Source: Thermoleophilia bacterium (GTDB taxonomy: Bacteria; Actinomycetota; Thermoleophilia; Gaiellales; Gaiellaceae). From it: a DNA stretch of 34,502 bases. Within the stretch, counting starts at the first letter, position 1; each line of letters starts with the position of its first letter. Below are positions 26,407 to 34,502 of this stretch, in pieces. A model generated the notes under the pieces. It was not told the origin of the DNA, made no database searches, and worked only from the letters and a program-made list of their open reading frames with translations. The stretch is taken from positions 1 through 34,502 of the forward strand of contig JAICZB010000001.1 of the NCBI GenBank assembly GCA_025933895.1, given 5' to 3'. A program made the position numbers and the translations under genes.

Positions 26407-26424
26407 CCCCCCATTGGGGGGGAG
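26407..26424 (+). promoter_or_regulatory. C6-ATT-G7 hairpin containing the murD Shine-Dalgarno (possible RBS sequestration)
   Basis: CCCCCC (26407-26412), att, GGGGGGG (26416-26422), then AG. GTG start at 26433. An upstream GGGG (26396-26399) could compete for the C-run. Confidence 0.3.
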
Positions 26425-26432
26425 CGTGCGTC

Positions 26433-27704
26433 GTGAGCGGGACGCGTCTCGACGAGTCACCTCGCGGTGAGGCATGGCTGCCGCGGCGGGCGCTCGTCGT
26501 CGGGCTCGCGCGGTCGGGCCTCGCGGCGGCAGAGGCCCTTGCGCGGCAGGGCGTGGGCGTCGTGGCCGCCGACCGCTCGCCCGACGTCGATGTGGGCAGG
26601 CTCGTCGACCTCGGCGTCGAACTCCGACTCGGAACGGAGGAGGAGGCGTTGCTCGAAGGGGTGGATCTCGTCGTCAAGAGCCCAGGGGTGCCCGCCGAGT
26701 CACGGGTCGTCGCCGGCGCGCGTTCGCGCGGCATTCCCGTCTGGAGCGAGGTCGAGCTCGGCTACCGGCTGCTGCCGGACGGCTCGCGCCTCATCGGCGT
26801 CACGGGCACGAACGGCAAGACGACCACGACCGAGCTAGTCGGCGCGATCCTGCGCGCCGCCGGTCGGCCGGCCGAGGTGGCCGGTAACGTCGGCCGCGCC
26901 CTCACCGATGCGGCACTCGCCGCCGCCGAGGGTTCGTGGATCGCCTGCGAGCTCTCGAGCTTCCAGCTCGAGGACGTCCACACGCTTGCGTGCGACGTCG
27001 CCGTTCTCCTCAACCTCGAGCCGGATCACCTCGACCGCCACGGCAGCTTCGACGCCTACCGGGCTGCGAAGCTCCGCATCTTCGAGCGGGCGCGCGCGAA
27101 GGTCGTCCCGCGCGGATTCGGGATCGACGGGATCGAGTTCTCCGCCGACGACCCGTTGCCCGCGGAGCCGCTGATCCCCGGCCGCCACAACCGCGAGAAC
27201 GCTGCCGCCGCGACCGCCGCGGCGCGCGCGGCGGGCGTGCCCGACGACGCCATCGCCGAGGCCCTTCGCACGTTCCCCGGAGTCCCGCACCGGCTGGAGC
27301 TCGTGCGCGAGCTACACGGCGCGCGCTGGGTCAACGACTCGAAGGCGACGAACACGGCTGCCGCGCGGCGCGGGGTCGCCGCCTACGACGCGCCGCTCCG
27401 CCTCATCCTCGGCGGCTCGCTCAAGGGCGAGGACTTCGGGCCGTTCGCCGGCGCGCTGCCGGGGAACGTTCGCTCGATCTATCTCATCGGAGCCGCGGGC
27501 GACGAGCTCGCCGCGGCGCTCGACGCCGCCGGCCGCGAGTACGTCCGCGCCGGAGACCTTCTCACGGCGGTCTCGCGTGCCGCAGCCGACGCCGAGCCCG
27601 GCGACGTCGTCCTCCTCTCGCCGGCCTGCGCGAGCTTCGACCAGTTCGCGAACTTCGAGGAGCGCGGCGACACCTTCCGGCGGCTGGTGCAGGAGCTCAC
27701 GTGA
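26433..27704 (+). CDS. murD: UDP-N-acetylmuramoylalanine--D-glutamate ligase
   Basis: VVGLARSGLAAAEAL, GVTGTNGKTTT, HRLELV and NDSKATN. GTG start. Confidence 0.94.
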   Translation: MSGTRLDESPRGEAWLPRRALVVGLARSGLAAAEALARQGVGVVAADRSPDVDVGRLVDLGVELRLGTEEEALLEGVDLVVKSPGVPAESRVVAGARSRGIPVWSEVELGYRLLPDGSRLIGVTGTNGKTTTTELVGAILRAAGRPAEVAGNVGRALTDAALAAAEGSWIACELSSFQLEDVHTLACDVAVLLNLEPDHLDRHGSFDAYRAAKLRIFERARAKVVPRGFGIDGIEFSADDPLPAEPLIPGRHNRENAAAATAAARAAGVPDDAIAEALRTFPGVPHRLELVRELHGARWVNDSKATNTAAARRGVAAYDAPLRLILGGSLKGEDFGPFAGALPGNVRSIYLIGAAGDELAAALDAAGREYVRAGDLLTAVSRAAADAEPGDVVLLSPACASFDQFANFEERGDTFRRLVQELT

Positions 27705-28948
27705 GCCGTCCTGCAAAGCGGCTCCAGTTCGAGTGGAACCTGCTCGTGCTCGTCACCGCGGCCCTCGTGCTCTTCGGCCTCGTCATGGTGTACAGCGCGA
27801 GCTCCGGATCCGCCGCCCTGGGCAACGGCAACCCGCTCGGCTTCCTCGAGAAGCAGGTGACCTACGCGATCATCGGTGTCGGGCTGCTCGTCTTCGTGTC
27901 GCGCGTCCCGCTCGAGCGCATCCGCGTGTTCGCGCCGACGCTCGTCGTGACCGCGCTCGTTCTCTGCTTCGCGGTACTCGCGGTGGGCGCCCGGATCAAC
28001 GGAGCGCGCCGCTGGATCACCGCCGGGCCGCTGGTCTTCCAGCCGTCCGAGCTCGCCAAGCTGGCCGTCGTCGTCTGGACGGCGGCGTACCTCTCGCGAC
28101 GCAAGCCCCCGCAGACGCTGAAGGAGCTCGCGCGCCCGATCGGCCTCCTCGTCCTCCTCTTCGCGGCGCTCGTGCTCGTCGAGCCGGACCTCGGCACCGC
28201 CCTCACGCTGCTCCTCGTGGTCGGCGCCATCCTGCTCGTCTCGGGCACGCGCCTGCCGCTCCTCGCCTCCGCCTATGCCCTTGTCTTCGGGCTGGCCGCC
28301 ATCGCCGCGTGGTCGTCGCCGTACCGGCGCGACCGCCTCCTCACCTTCCTCGACCCCTGGAAAGACCCGACCGGGGCGGGACTCCAGAACGTGCAGGCGC
28401 TGATCAGCCTCGGCTCCGGCGGGATCTTCGGGCGCGGGCTGGGGCAGGGGCTCGAGCCGCTCGGCTACCTCCCCGAGGCCCACACCGACATGATGTTCGC
28501 CGTCGTCGGCGAGGAGCTCGGCCTCGTCGGCGTCACGCTCGTGATCATGGCGTTCTGCGCCTTCGCGTACGCCGGCGTGCGGCTCGCGATCGCCTGCCGC
28601 GATCCCTTCGCAAAGCGACTCGCCGCGGGGATCACGGCTCTCGTCTGCGGGCAGGCAGCGATCAACATGGCCGCCGCGATCGGTCTCGCCCCGCTGACCG
28701 GGATCCCGCTCCCATTCGTCTCGTACGGCGGCTCGAGCCTGGTGGTGATGCTCGCCGGGGTCGGAGTCCTCCTTAACATCGCCCGTGGCGATGGCGGACG
28801 AGCGACAGCTGCGGTTCCTGATCGCGGCCGGCGGGACGGTCGGACACGTCGCGCCGGCACTCGCCGTCGCGGAGGCGCTGCGACGCCGGGACGGGCTGGT
28901 GACGTTCGCCGGGTCGCCGGATCGCGTCGAGGCGCGGCTCGTTCCTGA
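27701..28948 (+). CDS. ftsW: SEDS-family peptidoglycan glycosyltransferase FtsW
   Basis: LLVLVTAALVLFGLVMVYSAS, RRWITAGPLVFQPSELAKL, LEPDLGTAL, PEAHTDMMFAV and PFVSYGGSSL. GTGA overlap with murD. The last ~52 codons (after LLNIAR) overlap murG and have poor GC3. Confidence 0.9.
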   Translation: MSRPAKRLQFEWNLLVLVTAALVLFGLVMVYSASSGSAALGNGNPLGFLEKQVTYAIIGVGLLVFVSRVPLERIRVFAPTLVVTALVLCFAVLAVGARINGARRWITAGPLVFQPSELAKLAVVVWTAAYLSRRKPPQTLKELARPIGLLVLLFAALVLVEPDLGTALTLLLVVGAILLVSGTRLPLLASAYALVFGLAAIAAWSSPYRRDRLLTFLDPWKDPTGAGLQNVQALISLGSGGIFGRGLGQGLEPLGYLPEAHTDMMFAVVGEELGLVGVTLVIMAFCAFAYAGVRLAIACRDPFAKRLAAGITALVCGQAAINMAAAIGLAPLTGIPLPFVSYGGSSLVVMLAGVGVLLNIARGDGGRATAAVPDRGRRDGRTRRAGTRRRGGAATPGRAGDVRRVAGSRRGAARS

Positions 28949-29861
28949 GCACGGCTACGAGTTCGACGCCTTCGCCATCTCGGGCCTGCCGCGCCGTCCC
29001 GGACTCGACCTCGCCCGCGCCGCGGGGAGGGCGCTCGCCGCGCCGCTCGCGTGTCGCCGCATCCTTCGGCGCCGCAGGCCCGACGCGGTGCTCGGCGCCG
29101 GCGGCTACGTGGCAGGGCCGATGGTGCTGGCAGCGCGGCTCGACGGGATCCCGTGCGCGCTCAGCGAGGCCGACGCGCATCTCGGCCTCGCGAACCGGCT
29201 CGCCACGCCCCTGGCCGAGCGCGTCTTCCTCGCGCTGCCGCTCGGGCTGCACGGGGAGAAATACCGCGCTGTCGGGCGGCCGATCCCGGCAGCCTCGCGG
29301 CCGGTGGAACCCGGCGAGGCCCGCAACCGGCTCGGGCTCGCGCCGGAGGCACGCGTCGTCCTCGTCTTCGGAGGCTCGCTCGGCGCCCGGCTGCTCAACG
29401 ATCTGGCGCTCGACGCGTGGGCCGAGAGCGGGCCGGCCGTGATCCACCTGTGCGGCGAGCGCGACTACCCGGACCTGCGCGGCCGCGTCTCGCGGGCCGA
29501 CTACATCCTCGAGCCGTTCATCGACGAGATCGGCGTGGCCTACGGCGCCGCAGACGTCGTGCTTGCTCGCGCCGGCGGATCCGTCTGGGAGCTCGCCGCG
29601 GCGGGCCTGCCCGCGGTGCTCGTGCCGGGCGCCTTCGCGACAGGCGACCATCAGGCGAAGAATGCGCGCTGGTTCGCCGAGGCGGGCGGCGCGGTGGTCG
29701 TGACCGAGTCCGAGGCGGCACGCGCGCCGCGGGTCGTGGAAGAGCTGCTCGCCGACGCCGACCGGCGCGCGGCAATGGCCGCGGCGATGCGCGCGGTCGC
29801 GAAGCCCGATGCAGCGGAGGAAATCGCGGATGAGCTCGTCTCCCTCGCCCTTCGCCGGTAG
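28785..29861 (+). CDS. murG: UDP-N-acetylglucosamine--N-acetylmuramyl-(pentapeptide) pyrophosphoryl-undecaprenol N-acetylglucosamine transferase
   Basis: LIAAGGTVGHVAPALAVAEAL, VLVFGGSLGA, AGGSVWELAAAGLPAVLVP and GDHQAKNA. The start is GTG 28785 or ATG 28791. Confidence 0.93.
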   Translation: MAMADERQLRFLIAAGGTVGHVAPALAVAEALRRRDGLVTFAGSPDRVEARLVPEHGYEFDAFAISGLPRRPGLDLARAAGRALAAPLACRRILRRRRPDAVLGAGGYVAGPMVLAARLDGIPCALSEADAHLGLANRLATPLAERVFLALPLGLHGEKYRAVGRPIPAASRPVEPGEARNRLGLAPEARVVLVFGGSLGARLLNDLALDAWAESGPAVIHLCGERDYPDLRGRVSRADYILEPFIDEIGVAYGAADVVLARAGGSVWELAAAGLPAVLVPGAFATGDHQAKNARWFAEAGGAVVVTESEAARAPRVVEELLADADRRAAMAAAMRAVAKPDAAEEIADELVSLALRR

Positions 29862-31020
29862 GCGGATCTGGATCGCCGGGATCGGCGGCGCCGGCATGAG
29901 CGGCTACGCGCTCCTCGCGCGCTCGTGGGGAGCGGAGGTCGCGGGCTGGGACCGGGTCGAGACGCCGTACCTGCGGCATCTCGAGGATGTCGCCGTCGAG
30001 ATCTCTCCCGAGCCGCCGCAGCCGCCCGCCGGCTGGGACGTGTACGTCTCGACGGCGTTCGCTGGTCGCGTCGCCGGGCGCCCGCGCGCCGACCTCCTCG
30101 CGGAGCTCGTCGCGCAGCGGCGCGCGATCGTCGTCGCAGGCGCCCACGGGAAGACGACGACGAGCGCGATGATCGCCTTCTGCCTCGACCGGCTCGGTCT
30201 CGACCCCGCGTTCCTCATCGGGGGCGAGGTGCCGCAGCTCGGCGGCAACGCGCGGGCCGGCTCCGGCTGGCTCGTGGTCGAGGGGGACGAGTCGGACCGC
30301 TCGCTCGCCGCGCTGAGACCGGAGGTCGCGGTGCTGCTCAACATCGACCTCGACCACCACACGACGTTCGTCTCGCGCGCCGAGCTCGAGACGTTCTTCG
30401 AGGACTGGCTGCGCCACGTGTCCCACGTGGTCCGCGCCGACGAGCTCGAGCCGCTGACGGTCGATCTCGCGGTACCCGGCGAGCACAACCTGCGCAACGC
30501 GGCGGCCGCGTTGGCAGCGCTGGAGCTCGCCGGCGTGCCGCGTCGAGAGGCCGAGGCGGCGATCGTCGAGTTCGGCGGCGCCGGCCGGCGACTCGAGCGG
30601 AAAGGCGAGGCGGGCGGCGTCGCCGTTCTCGACAGCTACGCCCACCATCCCGCAGAGCTCGCCGCCGACATCGCCGCGGTCCGCGACGGCGGACGGGTGC
30701 TCGCCCTCTTCCAGCCGCACCTCTACTCGCGCACGCTTCATCTCCTGCACGGCTTCGCGGGGGCGCTCGCCCTTGCCGACTGCGTGTGCGTGACGGAGAT
30801 CTACCCGGCGCGGGAGCAGCCCATCGCGGGTGTCAGCGGACGCCTGATCGTCGACGAGCTCGCCGGGCTTCGACCCGGCATGCGCATCGGCTGGGCGCCG
30901 GAGCTCGAGGATGCCGTCCGCGTCGTCACCGGCTGGGCCCGTCCGGGAGACATGATCCTCACGCTCGGTGCCGGCGACGTCGACCGCGCGGCACCGCTGA
31001 TCCTCGAGGCGCTCGCGTGA
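29830..31020 (+). CDS. murC: UDP-N-acetylmuramate--L-alanine ligase
   Basis: IWIAGIGGAGMSGYA, VAGAHGKTTTSAM, VVEGDESDRS and YAHHPAEL. ATG 29830 sits 8 nt after GGAGGA. The track ORF opens at ATG 29809. Confidence 0.93.
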   Translation: MSSSPSPFAGRRIWIAGIGGAGMSGYALLARSWGAEVAGWDRVETPYLRHLEDVAVEISPEPPQPPAGWDVYVSTAFAGRVAGRPRADLLAELVAQRRAIVVAGAHGKTTTSAMIAFCLDRLGLDPAFLIGGEVPQLGGNARAGSGWLVVEGDESDRSLAALRPEVAVLLNIDLDHHTTFVSRAELETFFEDWLRHVSHVVRADELEPLTVDLAVPGEHNLRNAAAALAALELAGVPRREAEAAIVEFGGAGRRLERKGEAGGVAVLDSYAHHPAELAADIAAVRDGGRVLALFQPHLYSRTLHLLHGFAGALALADCVCVTEIYPAREQPIAGVSGRLIVDELAGLRPGMRIGWAPELEDAVRVVTGWARPGDMILTLGAGDVDRAAPLILEALA

Positions 31021-31895
31021 AGATCGAGGAGGGAGTCGGGCTCGCACGGTTCACGACCCTCGGCACCGGCGGCCCGGCGCGCGCCTTCGCCCGGCCGGAG
31101 TCGGAAGGGGAGGTGGAAGAGCTCTTGCGGTGGGCGCGGGACCGTTCGCTTCCCGTCTCGGTCGTCGGTCTCGGCTCGAACCTCGTTGCGGCGGACGACG
31201 GCGTCGAGGCGCTCATCCTCAAGCTCGGCGCCGAGCTGGCGACGATCGAAACACACGGAGACACGCTGCGCGCGGGCGCCGGGGCAGCGAATGCCGTTGC
31301 CTTGCACCGAGCTCGCGCCGCGGGGCTCGGCGGCTTCGAGTTCGCTTGCGCCATCCCCGGCACGATCGGCGGCGGCGTGTGGATGAACGCGGGCGCATAC
31401 GGCGGCGACTTCGCGGGAGTGCTCGAGCGGGCGCTCGTTGCCACGGCCGACGGCAGCGGCTGGCTGACTCCCGCGGAGCTCGGGTTGAGCTACCGGCACT
31501 CGGAGCTCAGGCACGGTCAGGTCGTGCTGCGCGGCGAGCTGCGCTTGCGGCCGCGCTCACCTGACGAGATCAAGGCCGATGTGCGCGAGCTGAACTCACG
31601 TCGGAAGGCGGCGCAGCCGACGAACCGGCGCACCTTCGGTAGCGTCTTCAAGAATCCCGAGCACGAGCTGAGCGCAGGACGAATGCTCGAAGCATGCGGC
31701 CTCAAGGGCCATCGCATCGGCGGCGCGCAGATCTCGCCCAAGCACGCCAACTTCATCGAGAACGCGGAGGCGGCCAAGACCGCCGACGCAATCGCGCTCA
31801 TGGCTGAAGCTCGGCGCCGCGCGCACGAGCAGTTCGGCGTCCGGCTCGAGCACGAGGTCGAGTTTCTCGGTGAGCTCGAGCTGCCCGCGCTGTAG
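31017..31895 (+). CDS. murB: UDP-N-acetylenolpyruvoylglucosamine reductase
   Basis: FTTLGTGGPARAF, VVGLGSNLV, IPGTIGGGVWMNAGAYGG, LSYRHS and FKNP...AGRMLE. GTGA overlap with murC. Confidence 0.93.
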   Translation: MKIEEGVGLARFTTLGTGGPARAFARPESEGEVEELLRWARDRSLPVSVVGLGSNLVAADDGVEALILKLGAELATIETHGDTLRAGAGAANAVALHRARAAGLGGFEFACAIPGTIGGGVWMNAGAYGGDFAGVLERALVATADGSGWLTPAELGLSYRHSELRHGQVVLRGELRLRPRSPDEIKADVRELNSRRKAAQPTNRRTFGSVFKNPEHELSAGRMLEACGLKGHRIGGAQISPKHANFIENAEAAKTADAIALMAEARRRAHEQFGVRLEHEVEFLGELELPAL

Positions 31896-31926
31896 GAGGG
31901 TCCGCTCCGGCGACGAACACCGAGAC

Positions 31927-32775
31927 ATGCCTGCCAGGGCCCGTCTCGCTCGGTCCATCGCGCGCGTGGAAACCCTCGCGCCGCAGTGCCACGTGGGCCT
32001 GCCGCAGGTGCACCCGCGGGCTTGGCTCGTCCGGCTCGTCCCGACGCGGAGGTCGGTGGCCGTCGGCCTTGGCATCCTCGCGCTCGCAGTCGGCGGTTAC
32101 CTGCTCGCACGCGAGACGCCGCTCTTCGCCATCGACCGGATCAAGGTCGACGGTGGCTCGCCGAAGGTCGCCCGCCAGGTCCACCACGCACTCGCCTCGC
32201 TGGTCGGTGCGCCGCTAGTCGGGCTCGACGGTTCAGCCGTACTGCAGAGGGTCGACGCCCTCCCGACGGTCGTGCGTGCGAGCTACGACCGTGCCTTCCC
32301 GCACACGCTGCGCATCACCGTCGTGCCGGAGCGACCAGCTGCAGTCCTGCGCAGCGGTCCGGCGAGCTGGCTCGTCTCGACCAGAGGACGCGTGATCGAG
32401 CGCCTCCCTTCCGCCGCCGACCCGAGGCTGCCCCGCATCTGGGTCTCCACGCGCACTCCTGTGCGGCTGGGCGCGGAGCTCACGGCGGCGGGCACCGCGA
32501 CCGCCGCCCGCGCCGCCGGGCTGGCCGGCGCGTTCGGGGCTCGGGTCGCCTCGGTGTCGTACACCGGCGGAGCGCTCGTGTTCCACCTGCGCTCCGGCCT
32601 CGAGCTCCTGCTCGGTGACGGCGGCGACATCAAGCTCAAGGTCGCAGTTGCCCAGCATGCGCTCGCCATGCTGCCTCCGGGGTCCACTTTCCTCGACGTC
32701 AGCATCCCGGGCCGAGCCGTCTCGGGGAAGGGATCCCCGACGCTTCCACCGGCGCAAAGCTCTAGTAGAGGTTGA
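31927..32775 (+). CDS. ftsQ: Cell division protein FtsQ (POTRA domain)
   Basis: Cytoplasmic N-terminus, then a TM (VAVGLGILALAVGGYLLA), then a POTRA-like segment (FAIDRIKVDGGSPKVARQV...). The position between murB and ftsZ fits. Confidence 0.85.
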   Translation: MPARARLARSIARVETLAPQCHVGLPQVHPRAWLVRLVPTRRSVAVGLGILALAVGGYLLARETPLFAIDRIKVDGGSPKVARQVHHALASLVGAPLVGLDGSAVLQRVDALPTVVRASYDRAFPHTLRITVVPERPAAVLRSGPASWLVSTRGRVIERLPSAADPRLPRIWVSTRTPVRLGAELTAAGTATAARAAGLAGAFGARVASVSYTGGALVFHLRSGLELLLGDGGDIKLKVAVAQHALAMLPPGSTFLDVSIPGRAVSGKGSPTLPPAQSSSRG

Positions 32776-32797
32776 GGCTACCGATCTCGACCTTCGG

Positions 32798-32826
32798 TTG
32801 ACACCGAGCCTGAGCGCACGTACGCT
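32798..32826 (+). promoter_or_regulatory. Putative ftsZ-proximal promoter: -35 TTGACA, 17-nt spacer, -10 TACGCT
   Basis: Perfect TTGACA at 32798-32803 and a TAnnnT hexamer at 32821-32826, within the 111-nt ftsQ-ftsZ gap. Inference from consensus only. Confidence 0.45.
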
Positions 32827-32886
32827 CCGCCGCGTTGTTGCTGAAGGCAGCCCCAATCCTCTACTGAAGGTTCAGGTTCGACGTTC

Positions 32887-33948
32887 ATGAGCACGAAGGA
32901 CGCAGGCGGTAACTACCTCGCTGTGATCAAGGTCGTCGGCGTCGGCGGCGGCGGCACCAACGCGGTCAACCGGATGGTCGACGCGGGCCTTTCGGGCGTC
33001 GAGTTCATCGCGGTCAACACCGACGCGCAGGCGTTGATGGTCTGCGACGCCGACGTGAAGATCCACATCGGCTCGGCCGCCACCCGAGGCCTCGGAGCCG
33101 GCGCCGATCCGGCGGTCGGCCTCGCTGCTGCGCAGGAGAGCCGCGACGAGCTGAAGGAGGCGCTCAAGGGCGCGGACATGATCTTCGTCACGGCGGGCGA
33201 GGGCGGCGGCACCGGCACCGGCGGCGCGCCGGTCGTCGCAGAGCTGGGCCGCGAGCTCGGCGCGTTGACGGTCGGTGTCGTGACGAAGCCGTTCGGCTTC
33301 GAGGGGCGCAAGCGCTCGCAGCAGGCGGAGCAGGGGATCGAGAGCCTGCGCGACAAGCTCGAGACGCTGATCGTGATCGAGAACGACCGCCTGCTGCAGG
33401 TGGTCGAGAAGCAGACCTCGGTCGTGGACGCATTCCGCATGGCCGACGACGTCCTCCGGCAAGGAGTGCAGGGAATCACCGACCTGATCACCGTCCCGGG
33501 CCTGGTCAACCTCGACTTCGCGGATGTGCGGACGATCATGCGCGAGGCCGGATCTGCGCTGATGGGGATCGGCGTGGCGAGCGGGGACAACCGTGCTGCC
33601 GAGGCGGCGCGCGCGGCGGTTTCGTCGCCGTTGCTCGAGTCCTCGATCGAGGGCGCGACGGGGATCCTCCTCAACATCACCGGCGGTCCCGACATCGGCC
33701 TGTTCGAGGTCAACGAGGCGGCCGAGGTCGTGACGAGCGCGGCCGACGTCAACGCGAACGTCATCTTCGGCGCCGTCATCGACGACGCGATGGGAGACGA
33801 GGTGCGCGTCACGGTGATCGCGACGGGATTCGGCGGGGGTCGCCGGCGTCGGCGGGCAGCTGCGGATCCGCAGGTCGCGGTTCCGTCCGGCACCCCGGAG
33901 CAGGGCGAGAACGGGCTCGACGTGCCGTCGTTCCTCCGCGGCGAATAG
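32887..33948 (+). CDS. ftsZ: Cell division GTPase FtsZ
   Basis: [19 protein letters not shown], the [13 protein letters not shown] tubulin signature, NDRLL, and the C-terminal peptide DVPSFLR. Confidence 0.97.
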   Translation: MSTKDAGGNYLAVIKVVGVGGGGTNAVNRMVDAGLSGVEFIAVNTDAQALMVCDADVKIHIGSAATRGLGAGADPAVGLAAAQESRDELKEALKGADMIFVTAGEGGGTGTGGAPVVAELGRELGALTVGVVTKPFGFEGRKRSQQAEQGIESLRDKLETLIVIENDRLLQVVEKQTSVVDAFRMADDVLRQGVQGITDLITVPGLVNLDFADVRTIMREAGSALMGIGVASGDNRAAEAARAAVSSPLLESSIEGATGILLNITGGPDIGLFEVNEAAEVVTSAADVNANVIFGAVIDDAMGDEVRVTVIATGFGGGRRRRRAAADPQVAVPSGTPEQGENGLDVPSFLRGE

Positions 33949-34072
33949 CCCCGGAAGCGGGGTCCCGCGAATTTCGCCTGAGGCAGGTTTGGACTCGTAG
34001 GAACGGGGCACACGCATCGTGCCCTCAACAAGGTTGACCGTAATCGGATCAACCTCACGACCCGGTCCGCCG

Positions 34073-34099
34073 CCCCGGTTCGTCTCTGACGAACCGGGG
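34073..34099 (+). terminator. 11-bp perfect stem-loop (CCCCGGTTCGT-ctctg-ACGAACCGGGG); candidate dcw terminator
   Basis: Read directly. Followed by cggctccgTTCTgggg, which is only a weak U-tract. Lies 125 nt after the ftsZ stop and 70 nt before the gcvT ATG. Confidence 0.45.
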
Positions 34100-34168
34100 C
34101 GGCTCCGTTCTGGGGCCGGATTCTCGACTGAGCCGGGACGGCGCGGTCACGCACTAGGATCGCTGCCG

Positions 34169-34502
34169 ATGGCCGCGACGCTTCTGCACACGCCGCTGCA
34201 CGATCGGCACGTCGAGCTCGGAGCGCGGATGGTGCCGTTCGCCGGCTGGGAGATGCCCGTGCAGTACGAGGGCGTCATCGCTGAGCACCGCGCCGTCCGG
34301 GCCGATGCCGGCGTCTTCGACGTGTCGCACATGGGCGAGCTCGAGGTTGAGGGGCCGCACGCCCACGATCTCCTCCAGAGCACGCTCTCGAACGACCTCG
34401 ACCGGCTCTCGCCCGGCGAGGCGCAATACACGCTGCTCACGAACGAGCACGGCGGGATCATCGACGACCTGATCGCATACCGGACGGCCGAGCACTCGTA
34501 CC
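34169..34502 (+). CDS. gcvT: Glycine cleavage system aminomethyltransferase GcvT, N-terminal fragment (runs off the window)
   Basis: [60 protein letters not shown]... is the canonical GcvT N-terminus. It is absent from the ORF track because no stop falls inside the window. Confidence 0.9.
   Translation, partial: MAATLLHTPLHDRHVELGARMVPFAGWEMPVQYEGVIAEHRAVRADAGVFDVSHMGELEVEGPHAHDLLQSTLSNDLDRLSPGEAQYTLLTNEHGGIIDDLIAYRTAEHSY

Noticed and set aside
28791-28948. Arg-rich C-terminal extension of FtsW as a functional domain
   Set aside because: Codon third positions in the ftsW frame are A/T-rich across the overlap, while the murG frame looks normally coded. The extension is probably a passive read-through.
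33949-34168. Glycine riboswitch upstream of gcvT
   Set aside because: One is expected from context, but I could not find the conserved GGAGAG, ACCGAAGGGGCAA or CUCAGGCAAAAGGAC cores. CTGAGGCAGGTTTGGAC is only a loose resemblance. The question is left to a covariance-model search.

Overview
Very GC-rich window: third codon positions are almost always G/C, and the many long R/P/A-rich ORFs in the track are alternate-frame artefacts. Gene content and synteny look like an actinobacterial chromosome, and most of it is core housekeeping. Left to right: (1) the 3' end of a VOC/glyoxalase gene. (2) A six-gene minus-strand MoxR AAA+ / DUF58 / vWA (Bat-like) operon joined by start-stop overlaps. (3) tgt-yajC-secDF, with secD and secF fused, followed by a small UbiK-like coiled-coil ORF. 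(4) An envelope-lipid neighbourhood: a 4-TM protein, an MprF-like aminoacyl-phosphatidylglycerol synthase domain protein and an ABC1/UbiB kinase. (5) An orphan OmpR-type regulator with a degenerate receiver domain. (6) A minus-strand ECF sigma - Ogt - small 2-TM protein operon. (7) A PfkB kinase and a stand-alone cNMP-binding protein. (8) A complete dcw cluster: mraZ-rsmH-ftsL-ftsI-murE-murF-mraY-[methyltransferase-like ORF]-murD-ftsW-murG-murC-murB-ftsQ-ftsZ, with no ftsA or ddl. (9) The 5' end of gcvT. I found no rRNA, tRNA, CRISPR array or mobile element. No clear new multi-gene system stands out. The observations most worth a second look are: (a) a structured non-coding element present twice in opposite orientation, in the ubiB-regulator gap and the ftsI-murE gap; (b) a degenerate methyltransferase-like gene plus a structured 125-nt spacer inserted between mraY and murD; (c) an ECF sigma factor translationally coupled to an O6-alkylguanine methyltransferase rather than an anti-sigma factor; (d) a four-box MraZ operator with exact 10-bp phasing. 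All similarity and structure statements come from reading and hand alignment, not from database searches.
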